DNA from: Amphiscolops sp. MND2022
Taxonomy: Eukaryota
Reading direction: 5' to 3'
DNA length: 64,000 nucleotides
NCBI GenBank assembly: GCA_964187785.1
Contig: OZ076409.1
Span: forward strand, 50,780,001-50,844,000
The notes below the pieces were generated by a model. The model did not search any database. It had not been told where the DNA came from and worked only from the letters and a program-made list of their open reading frames with translations. This document shows positions 35,101 through 48,317 of the stretch, piece by piece. Made by a program: the position numbers and the translations under genes. How positions within the stretch are numbered: the first letter of the stretch is position 1; each line of letters opens with the position of its first letter.

Positions 35101-35700
35101 CCCGCTCCTTGACCACTTGAGAATTTGTTTTGGCCCCAATTTCGACGTGACCAGTACCTTCCGAGACCTGATTGAGTTCTTGATGGGACTTGACTTCTTA
35201 CAAGACAGGGAACATCTCCTCTATCTATTCAAGCAATGTTGCCTGAGTATTACCAGTCCCAGACCAACGTACCCTGACGTAACGATTGGGAGTATTTCCA
35301 CAGCGGGTCACCAGTGTAGATTTACAGACGTAATTCTACCATGCCAAAGTTGCATGGCCAGGGTTTCGATCTCTAGCATTCTGCTGCGATGATGCGAATC
35401 TGGAAAAGTTTTCGTTCCTCTCGTTTTTTTTCGGTTTTTTCACCCACCTACGACCCTTGGACAAACGTTGATATTTTCGGGCGGTCCAAGATTTACAAGT
35501 CCTTGCAGTCCTTCCACTGAGCAATTTTGTCAGTACCAAAGAAGACCTCCACACGCAGTGAGACTGAGGATTCTGTCGTAGATGAGTCTGCTTTGAAGCC
35601 CCCTAGTGAAGGCAAACGGCGAAGGTTGGAAAGAAGTGCTTCTCGGTCGGCTACTTCTTCTGTAGTTGAAGAGTCTGTACCAGGCCCTTCTAATTCTTAA
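32176..35700 (+). pseudogene. Antisense zinc-finger/hAT-like accessory gene of element C (decayed, internally deleted)
   Basis: WCHICKRNFSIKTKGTVEILRQHRSERHLRRDQRWR aligns with element A FCRVCNRDVRMKAQGSGEFKRHFASDGHWFRDVRYR. FLQDREHLLYLFKQCCL aligns with FQSRRHVLRVFKLCCL. GT-AG intron at 34135..34206. Start is uncertain. Confidence 0.85.
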
Positions 35701-35945
35701 ATGTACATATGTATTTATGTACGTCCAAACTGTAAACTTGTCCATTTCTTTGTTTATCTCCATTGTTTAGTTCTCTGTTGTTTCATATTTATACATCTGT
35801 TCATTGTCAATTTATCTAACCCCTGTGTTTATTTGTCCGAAAGGGGTCTTTATACAGAAGTCCCATTAATTATTCAAAAGATACTATTGCCATGGGACTA
35901 AAAAGTAAAAGAAAATCAAATCCCAGGCTCATTTTTGGGCAGAAT

Positions 35946-38900
35946 TCAGTCTTCTCTAGTATCTGAAGTCTCTGAGTAGTTTGGATTAGGATTACGCCTG
36001 AGGTTATATTTCTCTCCTCTAGGACTCAGACTTTCAGTTCTATCATCGCTTTGAGATTTTTCGGGCACACCCTTTTCAAATATCATCCCCCTTTTTTGAA
36101 GAGTCTTGTGCATCGTTATTATTAGAAGAAATATCTTCCAAACAAATTGGCTTCGTTTTTTTTCCTTTGGAGAAACCTGGGAAAGATTTTTCTTGATTTT
36201 TGTGGTAAAAGGCCGAATCCGGCAATCAGAGTTTCCATTCTTTTCATCTTCATTAGCTTCATTTATCTTGCTGACGTCATTTTTCATTCTTTCATTCTGA
36301 ATTTGCGCCACGACATTGACGTCATTCAGACTATCTGTCGTGATTATGTAATCAGCTTCATCCTCGCATGCGTCAGTTGAATTCGTATCTGACACAATCG
36401 GTCTTTCGCCGTTCGGCATGCTAGTCGGAATAGGCTCATTGCCTCGTGTAGTTAGCTGTTCACCGAAGTTTGTTTCCCACGTTATTGTGTACAAATCGTC
36501 TTGGGGAATGACAATTTCTTCGTCTTGCTGTAAGCGCTCTTCTCGGAAATTGTCCTCAAGCGGTTGATTGGGAACAAACATTTTACGGCGAATTCGATAG
36601 CAGTGTTTGAGTTTTATTTGTATTGAGTCGGCGGGCTTTGTAATTCTCATTAGGCAGTACTTTTTGGATTATAATAGGTCCGAGCCAACGGTAATCTCTG
36701 AATGGAATTTTTGATCCTTGATGATCAGCTTTTGGCTGCAATACAAAACAGTAATCACTTTCTTTGAGTGGAGCAGCTTTCGCTTTGCGATCATAGTACT
36801 CCTTGTATTTGATGTATGATTGCATTATGTTTTGCTTTGTTTTGTCGATTGGGAGTTTTGTCCGATTCTGGATTTCTTCTGCAAATTCGGTTGTGGGAAT
36901 GATCTGCTCGTTTGCCTTGTTTCCAAGCTTGTGACCCAAGATAATGTATGGAAGTCGTCCATGGAATACTCTTGTTGGTTCACAACCGATACTCGCATGA
37001 CAGCTCGTATTGTGATCCAGAACTGCTAATGGCAGATATTCATGCCATTGTCGGCGATTTTCCCCACATGCCATTTTAAGATTCGTCTTGAGTGAAGCAT
37101 GTGTTCGCTCCAATTTCCCGATTGTTTGCGGATGTTTAGTTGTTGCACATGTGAGTGTATTTCCCAAAAAACTGCGTAATCTCCGCAATAATCGTGGAAG
37201 TGAATGCATTTCCTTTGTCGGTTATAAGCGTTGTGTGGTAAATACGCATGTTTAGTCAAAATGTAAAAACAATGAGCACTTTTGCTACATTGATTGCTGA
37301 TGCGTCCACAAGAAGATAAGCGAACAAATATCTTGAGAAGACATCGTTTGCAGTTAGAACATTTTCATATCCTCAACTTGGGGGAAGATTCGGCAATAGA
37401 TCAATTTGCATAGCGTCTTCGGATGCAAGGTCCCATTCCGGCAAGTTAAGTAGTTCAGGCGTGATCGTTGCATTGGGGACTCGTTTGTCCTTTGCACATT
37501 GTTCGTACGCTTCTACCCACTTTTCAACATATTTCGCCATGATAGGGTAGTAATACCTCTGTCTGATCTCTCTGTAACATCTTTGATATGCCAGGGTGCT
37601 TGTGAGTTGTCCCGTGAAATGACTGAAGCAATTCCTTTAGTGAATGTTGCGGGAGAAGGATCTGATGATAATTCACATTCCCTGTTTCGTCGAAGTATTG
37701 CCTGGTCAGGATATCTTCCTTGACTACAAGTAGACTTTCTAAGTTGTTTGCATAATGTCTGTATCGAGCATCCTGTTGCAGTACGTTTTCTGAATAGTCT
37801 TTATGAATCAGTTGTGCCTTTAATTGCTGTAATACTACATCTTTGGACTGCTGAATAGTTATCTGTTTCGTCTTCCGTAGTCAGTTTTGTATTTCGGGTT
37901 GTTGTTTGACCAATTTTGTGGACAGTGTTTGTATTGTTACAGAAGGTTCTTCTGTGGCGGGATTCTTCCTGATTGCTTCTTTCCTCGCCCAATATTGTTC
38001 TCCTGTCTCAACATCATCATCATCGTTTGTGTAGAAGCTTTGTTCTTCCTCTGAGACTCCTGCCGATTGGACATTTATTTCGTCCTCTGGACGTCTGGAC
38101 CGTCTGTACGTCCTCTCTGATTTTCATGACTAATTTGTCCTTCGGGTCAGCTTCCAGTTGGAACAAATAATCTGCTGCCGTATTCTGTGCTGCTGGGATG
38201 TGAGCTATGACAAAACTGAATTGAATGACATAGTCACAAGCGTTCCACAAGGCTGGAGGTACATTTTCGTTTTGAAAAATCTGGTCACGGCTTTGTTGTC
38301 GGTTAGGATAATGACCGGTTTCGGCGCGCCCCAGAAAAGATGCCCGAAGTCTTTGAATGCAATATAATGCGCAAGAAATTCTTTTGCGTAGATGGACATC
38401 TTTATCTGGGCTGGGGTGAAGGTTTTTGAACCATAAGCGACCGGTGCATATGACTTGCGGATTGATGTGAATTTCTGATTTAGATCATCTTCGATTAGGA
38501 CTGCATATCCAGCAGCACCAAAGCTTGCATCTGTCATTAATGCAGTTTCTTTGTTTGGAATTGGTTGCTGTAGGGCCAAATCGCAACATTTGTCAAGTGC
38601 TCTGCTAATTTCCTCAAATTATTGAACCAAATTGTTCAATACTAGGACTATTTCGTCACTTTTCAGCATCTTGTAGAATGGGGCAAGACGTTCGTACAGT
38701 CTTGGGACATAGTTTCTGTAGTTTTTTAAAAATCGCAAAAAGCGTTGCAAGGCCTTTCTCGTTTTCGGGAATTTGGTTTTTTCAAGAAAGTTCTGTACGT
38801 TTTGTTTCTCGGGTTTAACGCCTTGTGGGGTAATCGTTTGTCCAAGGAAATGATTTTTTGTTGCACCGAAATGACATTTGTGCATCGTCAACTTAAGGCC

Positions 38901-41172
38901 TCACTTCTGAATGCATTTCAAAGTTGCTCTCCGGTTAGCAATGAGGTGATCAGCATCGTTGGCGGCAGTGCCGATATCGTCCACGTACTGGGCACACTGA
39001 TCCGCTTTGATAATTTTATCCATATAATCCCTCATAAAACTCTAACATGCGGACAGCGCCCGACTAAGGCCTTATGCCAAACGTCTGCAGGCAATTGTGC
39101 GGCTGGCGAAATTGAAGGCCAGCGTTTCAATTGATCGTTGGTCAGCCATCTGGAGGCAATGATACCCCTGCGAACAGTCTAGTTTGCAAAAAGTTTTTTG
39201 CCTGCCATATGCTGAGCAGCCTCGACTAGGGTACTGACAGGGTGATTATTGTTTATAGAATCATCCGAGATTAGGTTGTTGATTTTTCTCAAGTCAACCA
39301 AGAGTCGGGGTTTTCCATTTGACTTCTTTTGGGCAAGTATCGGGCTAACATACTTTGAAAATGTTAAGGTAGCAATGATTCCATATTTGTGCAACATGGC
39401 TACTTCGACTAAAACGTCCTCCTTCAGATTTATTGGTGCTGGGAGGCTCTACTGTAGGCTGGGGAGTCGTCCTTAGGCGTCAATTTCACCTTGAATTCCT
39501 CGTTCAAGCCTATGTCGAATCTATGTCTCGCAAAGATGTCATGAAATTCCACTAATAATTCTTCCTTTTTTCTTTTTCATCGGTAGCTGAAGTGGAATAC
39601 TTGCAATCAAAGTTTTCTAGAAACTTTGTTCCAGATTCCTCATCCTTGGTAAGATCAAGGGTCTCTAGGTCCTGTAGGGCCTATAGTTCCCGTAATATCC
39701 TTTTCTGGATTGGCGTATGCTCATCTGGGTTTCCTGGGTTTTCCGGAGTTGGGAACCAATGATTTTCCGAGTTCTGAGGATTTTAAATGATCTTGATGAG
39801 ACTACTGACATAATGGGCTGCCTGCTCTTGGTCGTTTTGTAAGAGATGCCGGGCCGATGCCGGATCAACTGTTTTGACGTATTTCATTTGTTCTGGCGTC
39901 ATAACAGAGAAGCTAGCAATATGGAGTCCTTTTTTGAGTTTATAGTGATCCGTGAAGTTAGGGGTTACCAAAGCTGGACAACAGGTAATGTCGCTTTCTT
40001 CGTGTAGAAGGTCGCTCGGTTGCAGTATCCCAGTGACAGCATTCTCAGGGTAAATTAGGGAGTTTGTCCTGATGAGGACTCTGTCATTCGGTGGAATGGG
40101 TAATTCCGTCGGAGTAAGGAGTGGTTCCAAGACATTAGAGTATCGATGATCAACTGTTTTGAGCTGCATTAAAAAGAACGGAAAATTCAAAATTCCTTGC
40201 CTCATTTGCAGAACTGAATGTTTTCGTTGAAAGAACATTAGTCCAATGATTGGTCCCGTCAAATTCTCCATCACTTTGAAGATTTCATGGAACTCGATGT
40301 CACCAACCTCAAATTTAAGCTCAAGTATATTCTCGGGACTCTTTAATTGTCCATTTGCGACCAATATTTGGAAGTTCGGAGGCGGAACTTCCTGGATAAT
40401 AGTTTGAGGAGAAAGGAGTCGAATTTTCCGGATGTCCATTTCAGGAATTGCACTGGAGAATGCCCCGGTGTCTATAAGGCCGTCTATGGTCAATTCCCCA
40501 AAGTCCATTGGGAAATATAGCATGCGCTTTTTGCATTTGAGGGTTATTTTGGTCGAAAGCGGTATACAGTTTGGTTCACCATCTTTGGTAATAAGGACAT
40601 TTTGGAATTGTTTCTCGTCCTCCAACAACGATTGTGGAAATGCATCATTGGCTGTTTCAGGGTTCTCGGTTTACAGAGGGTTTGGGAACACTGGATGGTT
40701 GATACCAACTTTCATTTGCTAATTTTCAATGAAAACCTCTAGTTTTCTTATCGTGTGTTATTGCAGGGTTTTCGTGGAGTGTTGTTTTGTAGTGTTCGAT
40801 GTCTTCCAGGAAGGACGTATTGGAATTGTAATAGATCCTGGTTATAGATTTCAGTGTCCCAATTGGGATCTCTGCCATAGTGTGGATCGATATACGTTGG
40901 ATTGCACCGTCAGTCAAGGGAATGGGCCTGAGGCAGGTAGTGAAGGTTGTTGTGTAATCAGGGTCGCAAACAGGTATTGGTTTTTGATACAAATGAGTGT
41001 TATCATAAGTAATAGTGATAACTTTTTCCATCAGTTGTTGCCAGACAACAGAGGGGAAGCCCATCAATTGATGTTGATAATCGTGGAATGTTTTCGTTGG
41101 AGGATCCGACCTGATGTACTGTTGGACTGAGACAAGTTGGTTGTATTGGAGTCGTGGCGAAGCTAGTTTTTT
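35946..41172 (-). pseudogene. pol: Decayed pol of element C
   Basis: LIDTGA, LLVDLRKIN, YVDD, LMTDASF, LERTHASLK and YNLRRNPNPN fragments, all similar to pol of element A. Confidence 0.93.
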
Positions 41173-42823
41173 GAGTGGTCTTTCTTGGATGAAGACTGGG
41201 AATTGGACGATGTTGGGTTATAGTGGGGTTTTGATGCTTTTGAATCAGGATCATTATCAGATGTGTCCTCGGGTCTGGTGCGCTTAGGTTTGAGATGCGC
41301 GCCGGCACCTTGCCAACATCGTTGCTCCGGGTGATTAGTCTTGCCACAGGTCCCACATTTGGGGTATGTTCTCTGCTGAGTAGTTTTGCCTTGTTGGGCA
41401 TCTTTCTCTTTCTTAGTTTTCAGTTTCTCACAGTCTTTGACCATATGGCCCTTTTCCTAGCAATAATTGCAGGCGATATCAGACATTTGTCCAGTGGAGA
41501 GAGGGGTTTTGGGCTTAAAAGTTGAGGATGTCATCGTTGCCGTAGGAAGGTCATCTGACTCCTCAAGGGCGTTAAGCTCAAGCTCTCTCTCCAAGTGAGC
41601 AACTATCTCGTCATATCAGCCATTTTCCAATCTAACCATGTTGACTGATCTTTTGAGCTTCGGCGGCAGTTCTGCGCCTTGATTCAATTCTTCAAGGAAG
41701 TCTGGTAACTTCATTGTGTTGTGGTCGACGACCAAGCAGTGCCATTTATGTTTGGTAGTCGCTTGTGACTCAGACTTGACGTATTTGCGTCTGAAGATGA
41801 CCAATACGTCTTCAAGAGTTTGCCGATTGGGTGTGCTAATGTTTCTGAATGTCTGTAACCCATTTTCCCTCAACAATGAGTGAAAGTGGTTGATTTTCAT
41901 CTGCTCAGACATCTCAGGCTACATCTTGATCATCGTGTGGAGGAGATCTTCGAACAGCTCGAACTTATCGCTTCTGCCGTCAAAGGTCATTTTATTAGAG
42001 TTGACCGGACGAATAGTGAGTTCCTGAGCTGTTGGTCGATTCTGCATATTTGTCAAGACATCAGCTAGTCTGCTCATTGGATCTGCTTCGACAGCCGTTG
42101 CGATTCTCTCTTGCGCTGGGTTTGTCATGTCAAGTAGGGGATTGAGGTCATCATGGGATTGGTTGAGATGACTTCTTGATGGCATTCGCCCGTGAAAAAC
42201 TCAGGAACTTGGATTGGAGATTCGTTTTCTACTGTCACCATGTCGTAAGCGTTATCTAAGGCTCCGTCACTAAGACGGTTTTGGACAAGCTCACTTTTCG
42301 AGTTACATCCGGTTTTTTCATTTCGCTGAACTTCGGTATTGATTTCCGGTTCCTCGGCCGGAACGATCCATCCTTTCTTGGTCATATGTCCTGAACCGGC
42401 CATGATGACATTTTGAATTTGGGGTAAAACCTGATGGCTAATAGCATCGTTAATGGCCCTTTGGATTTGGACAATGACACTGTTCATCATCTCATCCATC
42501 TCCATTGATATCCTGGAGTTCTATTCACTTGACAATCTATAAATCTCAGCACTAGAGTTGGAACTTGCTGAGTTTCGACCATAATTGGCGTTAATACCTG
42601 GGTTGATAACTCCTGAGTTCAGATACATATTTTCATCATCGTTTTTAAAGTTATTGCTATTGGCACTTTCAGACCTTCTAGCAAGATTGCTATTTAAGCT
42701 TTCCTCTCTTTCTACTGTATCAAAATGGTTTTCACCAAACATCATGCCTAAATTTTCAATATCAGAGAGCATCTCTAGTCCTCTTGACTTCCTAGCTTTC
42801 TTTTGCTTACTGATAGTAGGCAT
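41163..42823 (-). pseudogene. gag: Decayed gag of element C, starting inside the 5' LTR
   Basis: FDGRSDKFELFEDL, KINHFHSLLR and CGTCGKTNHPEQRC; ends AAA AAC TAG. Confidence 0.9.
42232..42240 (-). promoter_or_regulatory. PBS of element C
   Basis: Minus strand TGGTGACAG directly after the LTR; same as the first 9 nt of the element A PBS. Confidence 0.8.
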
Positions 42824-44029
42824 TGAGAAAGTCCGAGTAATAATATTTGAATTTCTTCAGATCGGAAAACTAAATTTGGTGAGTTTGGATGAATCCGTTT
42901 TTCAATTGGAATTGACAATGTTGTCCCTCACCCTAGTGGGTGATGAGTATTTATACCAACTAAGGCATGAGATTCACATTCTTCTCATTCATACAATATC
43001 ACATGATACATGACTTAAAATTATTTTTCCGATCTTAAACATATTTTGAGAAAATTACAAGCAGCATTCCAAGAGGTATTTAGTTTAAACTGCAATTTCA
43101 AACAAATTATCAATGGAAACATTAAGACTAGAGTGTCAACAAATATCACTAGCTATCAACGGAATGCAGTGTTATATCATCCGAATGTGGTGTTGACGCG
43201 TGCCACCACGCCAACACTGATGTTCAACCAGGAGTGAAAATATAATAGAACATGCATAAGCTAATGTAAAAATGTAATATTTCGGCACAATCCAGTTTAT
43301 CAGTTTACTACTATAATAAGATCAGAGCAAAAGCACTTTCCACAATATGACCGGAATAGGTCAAATCCCTAATATTGAATGAGCATCGGTAAAAAATAGG
43401 CAAATGGTCTTAGCCGTCCATTAATTCTAAATCTTGAGTATTAGTGGATAATAATACTGCATAAAATGAATGATTTGGTACAAGAAGCGCAAACACAATA
43501 ATACTGGTTAATTATAAGCATAATTGCTATCACAGCATCACTGTACACAAAATAGCCGGAACCGGCCGTTTGACTAGAGTACTGAACAAAAACAACCATA
43601 TTAAGTCAACAGTCCTTATTCGGCCATCACTAGTTGAAAGCATTATTATTACTGCAAATGAAGCAATTTGATTGGATGATGCTCCGTGCCCAAGTGACGC
43701 TTTCGGAGTAGCACCTAGCCTCACTGGAACACGTTTCCTTTACTGCCGTATAGTTGTTCTCAACTCATATTGATTTGATTCACTTCTACCGCGCCTTTCA
43801 ATTAAATTTAGCAGTTTGATTTCGAATTGCCAAATCGTACTATTTACAGACTAATACAAATTCCGTTAAAGTACAAAATTATGAAACGATGAATAAAATA
43901 AACTGCATATGTTTTTTACTAAAAGTTTGCTACTTTGTATTGAAAATGTCGGCAAAGTAGCTGGGATAATCTCCTGGTCTCTTGCAGTAGTTGTTATAGC
44001 TGTCCTGTCACAGGCTTCAGCCTGCGACA
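42241..44029 (-). repeat. 5' LTR of element C
   Basis: Direct repeat of 28747..30532; TG...CA termini; followed by TSD GGTAT. Confidence 0.93.
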
Positions 44030-44072
44030 GGTATACCTCTAAGAACAAAGAAATATCTGTTGTTGTGTTTCT

Positions 44073-44687
44073 AAACGGCCCAAGTCGGCGCCATATCTAG
44101 GGCTCAAAAATTGCAAAAGGGATTCAAAGTTTTAAGTGTTCTCTTCAGTACCTGAAAAATTTAAAAAGTGAGATTTTTGAAACTATCTCATAGTGCCGAG
44201 AATTTAAAAAGAGGAACAAGAGGAACTATTTTGGCTTTTTTAACATCCAATTTGTTACAAAATATCAAAATTTGGATAGGAGGAACCCATGGTGACATCA
44301 GAAATAAACGTGAAATGCGAATATTGAAGAGTCTCAAGGTGCCAAAAAATGAGATAGGGTAGACCCTTTGGGTTTTTCCAACATCCATTCTGTTACAAAA
44401 TATCAAAACAATTGAAAGTAGACCCTTTGGAAACATTCAAAAATTCCCAAAAAGAAGGGTCACATTGCCAAAAAATATTGAAACTGGAGTCCTTTAAACT
44501 CGTCCGGTTTTGTGTTACGTTAAAAAAATTAATAATTACTACAGTTCAGTTCCCTGGGCCAAATGGTACAATTTGGTCCCTCAAAGTTTTGTAGAACTTT
44601 TGGTAGAACCTTTTTGATCAGTTCATGTGGAATGAAAAAAGTCGTGATTGTAGTCGCGTTTCACTTCATGCAGCGGCGACTGAAAAA
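44073..44687 (-). mobile_element. Helentron/DINE-like non-autonomous repeat copy
   Basis: CCCAAGTCGGCGCCATATCTAGGGCTCAAAAA ... GTAGTCGCG...GCGGCGACTGAAAAA. Confidence 0.65.
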
Positions 44688-45355
44688 CTCCAATTCTTAG
44701 AATACCAGGTACCTCACTTTTATGTTGATGTATAAATAGCAATTCAGTCAACGTGAGCCTGACATCATCATCAATTCAAAATAAAGTGGTTTAGAACTTA
44801 CACAAGTGTTTGCTGGTTTAAATCATAATTTAGGATCTTTTCTGTTACTCCCAACCCCCCTTCCCCACCAATTTAATTCCCCCCAGTTAAGCGGCCAAGT
44901 GAAATTATCATTGAATTAATAGTAACAACCAATCAAATAGCAGTATTTTTTAACTCTAACTGCAACTGAAACTCATCGCTGATAGCGGCGGGGAATTAAA
45001 ATTTCCGCGCTCACTGTGGTGGGGGGTTTATAAGATCCCATAATTCAACATGTTGAATACATTTTTACATCCCGGCCTTTCAAGGTCTTGCGCATATCCA
45101 TTCAGGTAGTTTGTTGAGTAAAAAATGAAAATGACAACAGGAAGACACCGAGTCAAATAATTAGCACTAGTGAATGGCGCATCCTGATACGGCAGCTAAT
45201 TTGACGGACAACACGTCAACTGCGTCGAAGCACATTACCAGATGAACGTGTTTTCTTTTACAAGCTACAGTTACTGCAATTAAATTTCATTGAAATACTA
45301 CTCAAACATGAACTGAACTTGTTGGTATTAGTTCAAATTTTTGTAGCTTATACAT

Positions 45356-45533
45356 ACTGTTGAATTGCGAAAATGATACAAAAAGTCTTCCGATCTTTCG
45401 GTCCAACCGATTACAACGTATTTGAAGTGTTGCAAGCTCTTATATAAGACCTTGCAAAACTTCAAATACGTTGCAATCGGTTGGACCGAAGGATCGGAAG
45501 ATTTTCTTTGTATCATTTTCGCAATTCAGCAGT
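45356..45533. repeat. ~178-bp imperfect spacerless palindrome
   Basis: ACTGTTGAATTGCGAAAATGATACAAA... mirrored around CTTATATAAG. Confidence 0.9.
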
Positions 45534-48317
45534 TTTTATTACAGAAGAATGAAATGCAAAAAGGTAATTTGAGACAATTTCAAGCATCTTAAACAAATAA
45601 AAACTTCATTGAGCTTAAACGCATACCAACAGTAGGATTCTTGATTTCCGATAAGTTTGAAATTATACCTTATTGACTTTTTCTAAAATATGCAGAGTAG
45701 TGGGACCATGCCATCTATTTCCCCCTCCAGGTGCAGCTTGTTATGAATTCCGCCCCAAACACGAAAGCACATTTTGTTCTTGAATAAAAATATTTCACTA
45801 ATAAGAGATTATTATTTGAATGTAAATACTTAGAGAATTGTCTCTACAAATGCTTGGTAACTTCAGGCAAAAATTATCATAATTGTTTGGTATTATTGTC
45901 CAAAATAGCGAGAATTCACGCTTGGAACAAACTAAAATGGTATAAAAAGGCCCCTATATCAACGCAAATTTTCTCCGTGATAAAATCTAATGAGCAACTT
46001 TTTTAACTGACAGTCAATGCAACAGATAGGATTATTTCGACATCAATTATTTTATTGGATCAAATTTTCAACGCAAACGATGTCGACATAATGTTATTTG
46101 AACCTTGTGTCTTATTTCCCCCTGTCGCCGCTTGGGTGGAAATTGAACACATTGTCCGAATAGTATCTTGAATTTAAAAAAAGTTATCAAACATTAAATG
46201 TAGCATGTCAAATGTTAAATTGATTTCTTTCTTTTTGAAAAATCGAATCAACCATAAGGCCACTGACTCCTCCTATCAGAAGAAGCACTACAAAAATCAT
46301 TCAGATTACTCTCCCTGGATGTAAGAAACCATTTACAGTGATTGGCAGAATCCAGTTAAAAGTTGCTCTATATTTCGTTTTGTTTCCAAGATAGAGAAAA
46401 ATCTGTTGGTTCAGTGTTTCGCTTTGTTACGAGCATCTTCTGTAAAAACAAGTTGGTGGGCTCACTTGACTAAAAGTATCAATGACTAAAAGCGAAATAG
46501 CACAATGGTTTAGTCCAATGTGCTTCCAAGTGAAAAAGTTGTCGGTTTCACTCGTTCCCCTGACTTTTTTAGGATATTCCGGATGTAACGAAGTATTATG
46601 CAGCTACAAGTAAAGATTATATTATTCTCTTCTCGTCAGGTAAAAAACAACGGTTAAATATTAGGGGATATAGCACTTTTTCATAGTTTGGAAAAGGTCC
46701 TATTAATAGGTGTAACGTGACGCTAGGTAAGAAACGGACACACCGTATATATAGCGAAAGTTTAAAAGCTCATTTGCGCTGCTTCGTTTCAAGTCGGCGC
46801 CTTTCGGACATCAAGATCTGACTGCTTGTTACCCTTTTTTAAATTGTTTTCTCAGACATATTTTTAATTTTATGTCATGATGAGACCACTAGCAGGCGAT
46901 GGAAGATTTGCTCCAGGCCCAACGATGACGAGTTTAGATTGATTTGAACCAAACACTGCCCCATCATAGGCCGAATGCACTAACAATTACATCGTGCACC
47001 CAACAACAAACAATACTCTCCTACCACTACACTATGCTCCCCGATTTCTATATGAATGAAATAATGAACAAAATATTCAGGTCTCGAACAAAGTATTTTT
47101 TGATAACAGAAAGAAGCCGCCACTACGCTGCCACTAGTTTCAAGTAACTTTGTCGTAATTGTCACGGCAACACTAAAACAATTCACAAGACGCCCGCTGA
47201 CCAGCAGGATATTTTCCGTTCAAACTGTTCCAGCAACAACATTTTTTTGAGGCTCAAGAGTAGCCATTGCCTTATGAAAACACATAGAAGTTTGATGAAA
47301 AAAAACCACTTTTTGATCAATGTCATCCAACTTCAGAAGGAAACACTAAACACAGTAAACACCTTTTTGTTTTATTGTCGGCTTGTGTGGATACCAAAAC
47401 CTAACCGACCAATTTTTACAATTTTGCATGAAAAGTCACCAAAAACGTCAAAATTGGGGAAACTTTAGCTGTCATTCAAGACACTTTTCTGAGAAATTGT
47501 AAATGTCTTTTCAAAAACGCTTAGGTTCAGTTGTTGTTGAATTACGAAATTGCTCAAAAGGTTTACAAAAACGTTTATAGAAATTTCAAAAACAATAAAG
47601 TTTTGGATTTTTTGATTATTTATAGACGATCTAACAAACTTTTTACATAGAAAATTGCAAAATTCTTTTCTGAACATTCTGCGTGCCTAATTAAAAAGTT
47701 TAGTATTGCAAAACTTCTCAAATACGCAATTTTGGTAATTTCTATTTCAAATTCACTAATTTGTCAAAGGGCTGCCAAAATTTGATATTTTTTTCGACTA
47801 TAAAGGGTCATTTCAAGGCTCTTTCTAACGTGAAACTGCAATTGACCTTCAAAAAATTTACTGGATAACGAATTCAGTTCTTGTAGACCGAATGATAAAT
47901 CTGTTTCTCTTAGGGAAACGGAATTAGAGAAACAGGAAATAGGAAACGAAGATTCAATTTCTTCGGAGACGTACAAGATAATAGAACCCATGGAAACTTT
48001 GACTGGGAAAGAAAATCTAAAGATGACACAAATGGTAGAGAAGATCATGGATACCGTAAACGCACAGTTCCAAACGCTGTGTATAGTACCATTAACGAAA
48101 GGATTATTTCTTCAACTAAAATGGCCGTTAGCGCGGCTTATGATTCATCAAATTTGAAAAATTTGACAGGTACATCATGTAAACCTCAACAGGAACCCGA
48201 GGATATTTGCGCTCCTAGAGAGTCGAGAAACCACTGTAATGTGAAAAAGGCAATTATGGAGGAGCACAAGTCATTCCAAAAGCAGTTTTGTCTCGTCTTG
48301 CTTCACAAAATGATTAC

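Larger units (their letters stand above)
28747..44029 (-). mobile_element. Element C: full-length decayed Ty3/Gypsy retrotransposon (15,283 bp), same architecture as element A, inside the Rho intron
   Basis: LTRs 28747..30532 and 42241..44029 (TGTCGT...GCGACA); 5-bp TSD GGTAT at 28742..28746 and 44030..44034; PBS at 42232..42240; gag/pol fragments. Confidence 0.96.

Noticed and set aside
46711..46991. Possible solo LTR (TGTAAC...TTACA)
   Set aside because: No matching TSD and no second copy in the window.
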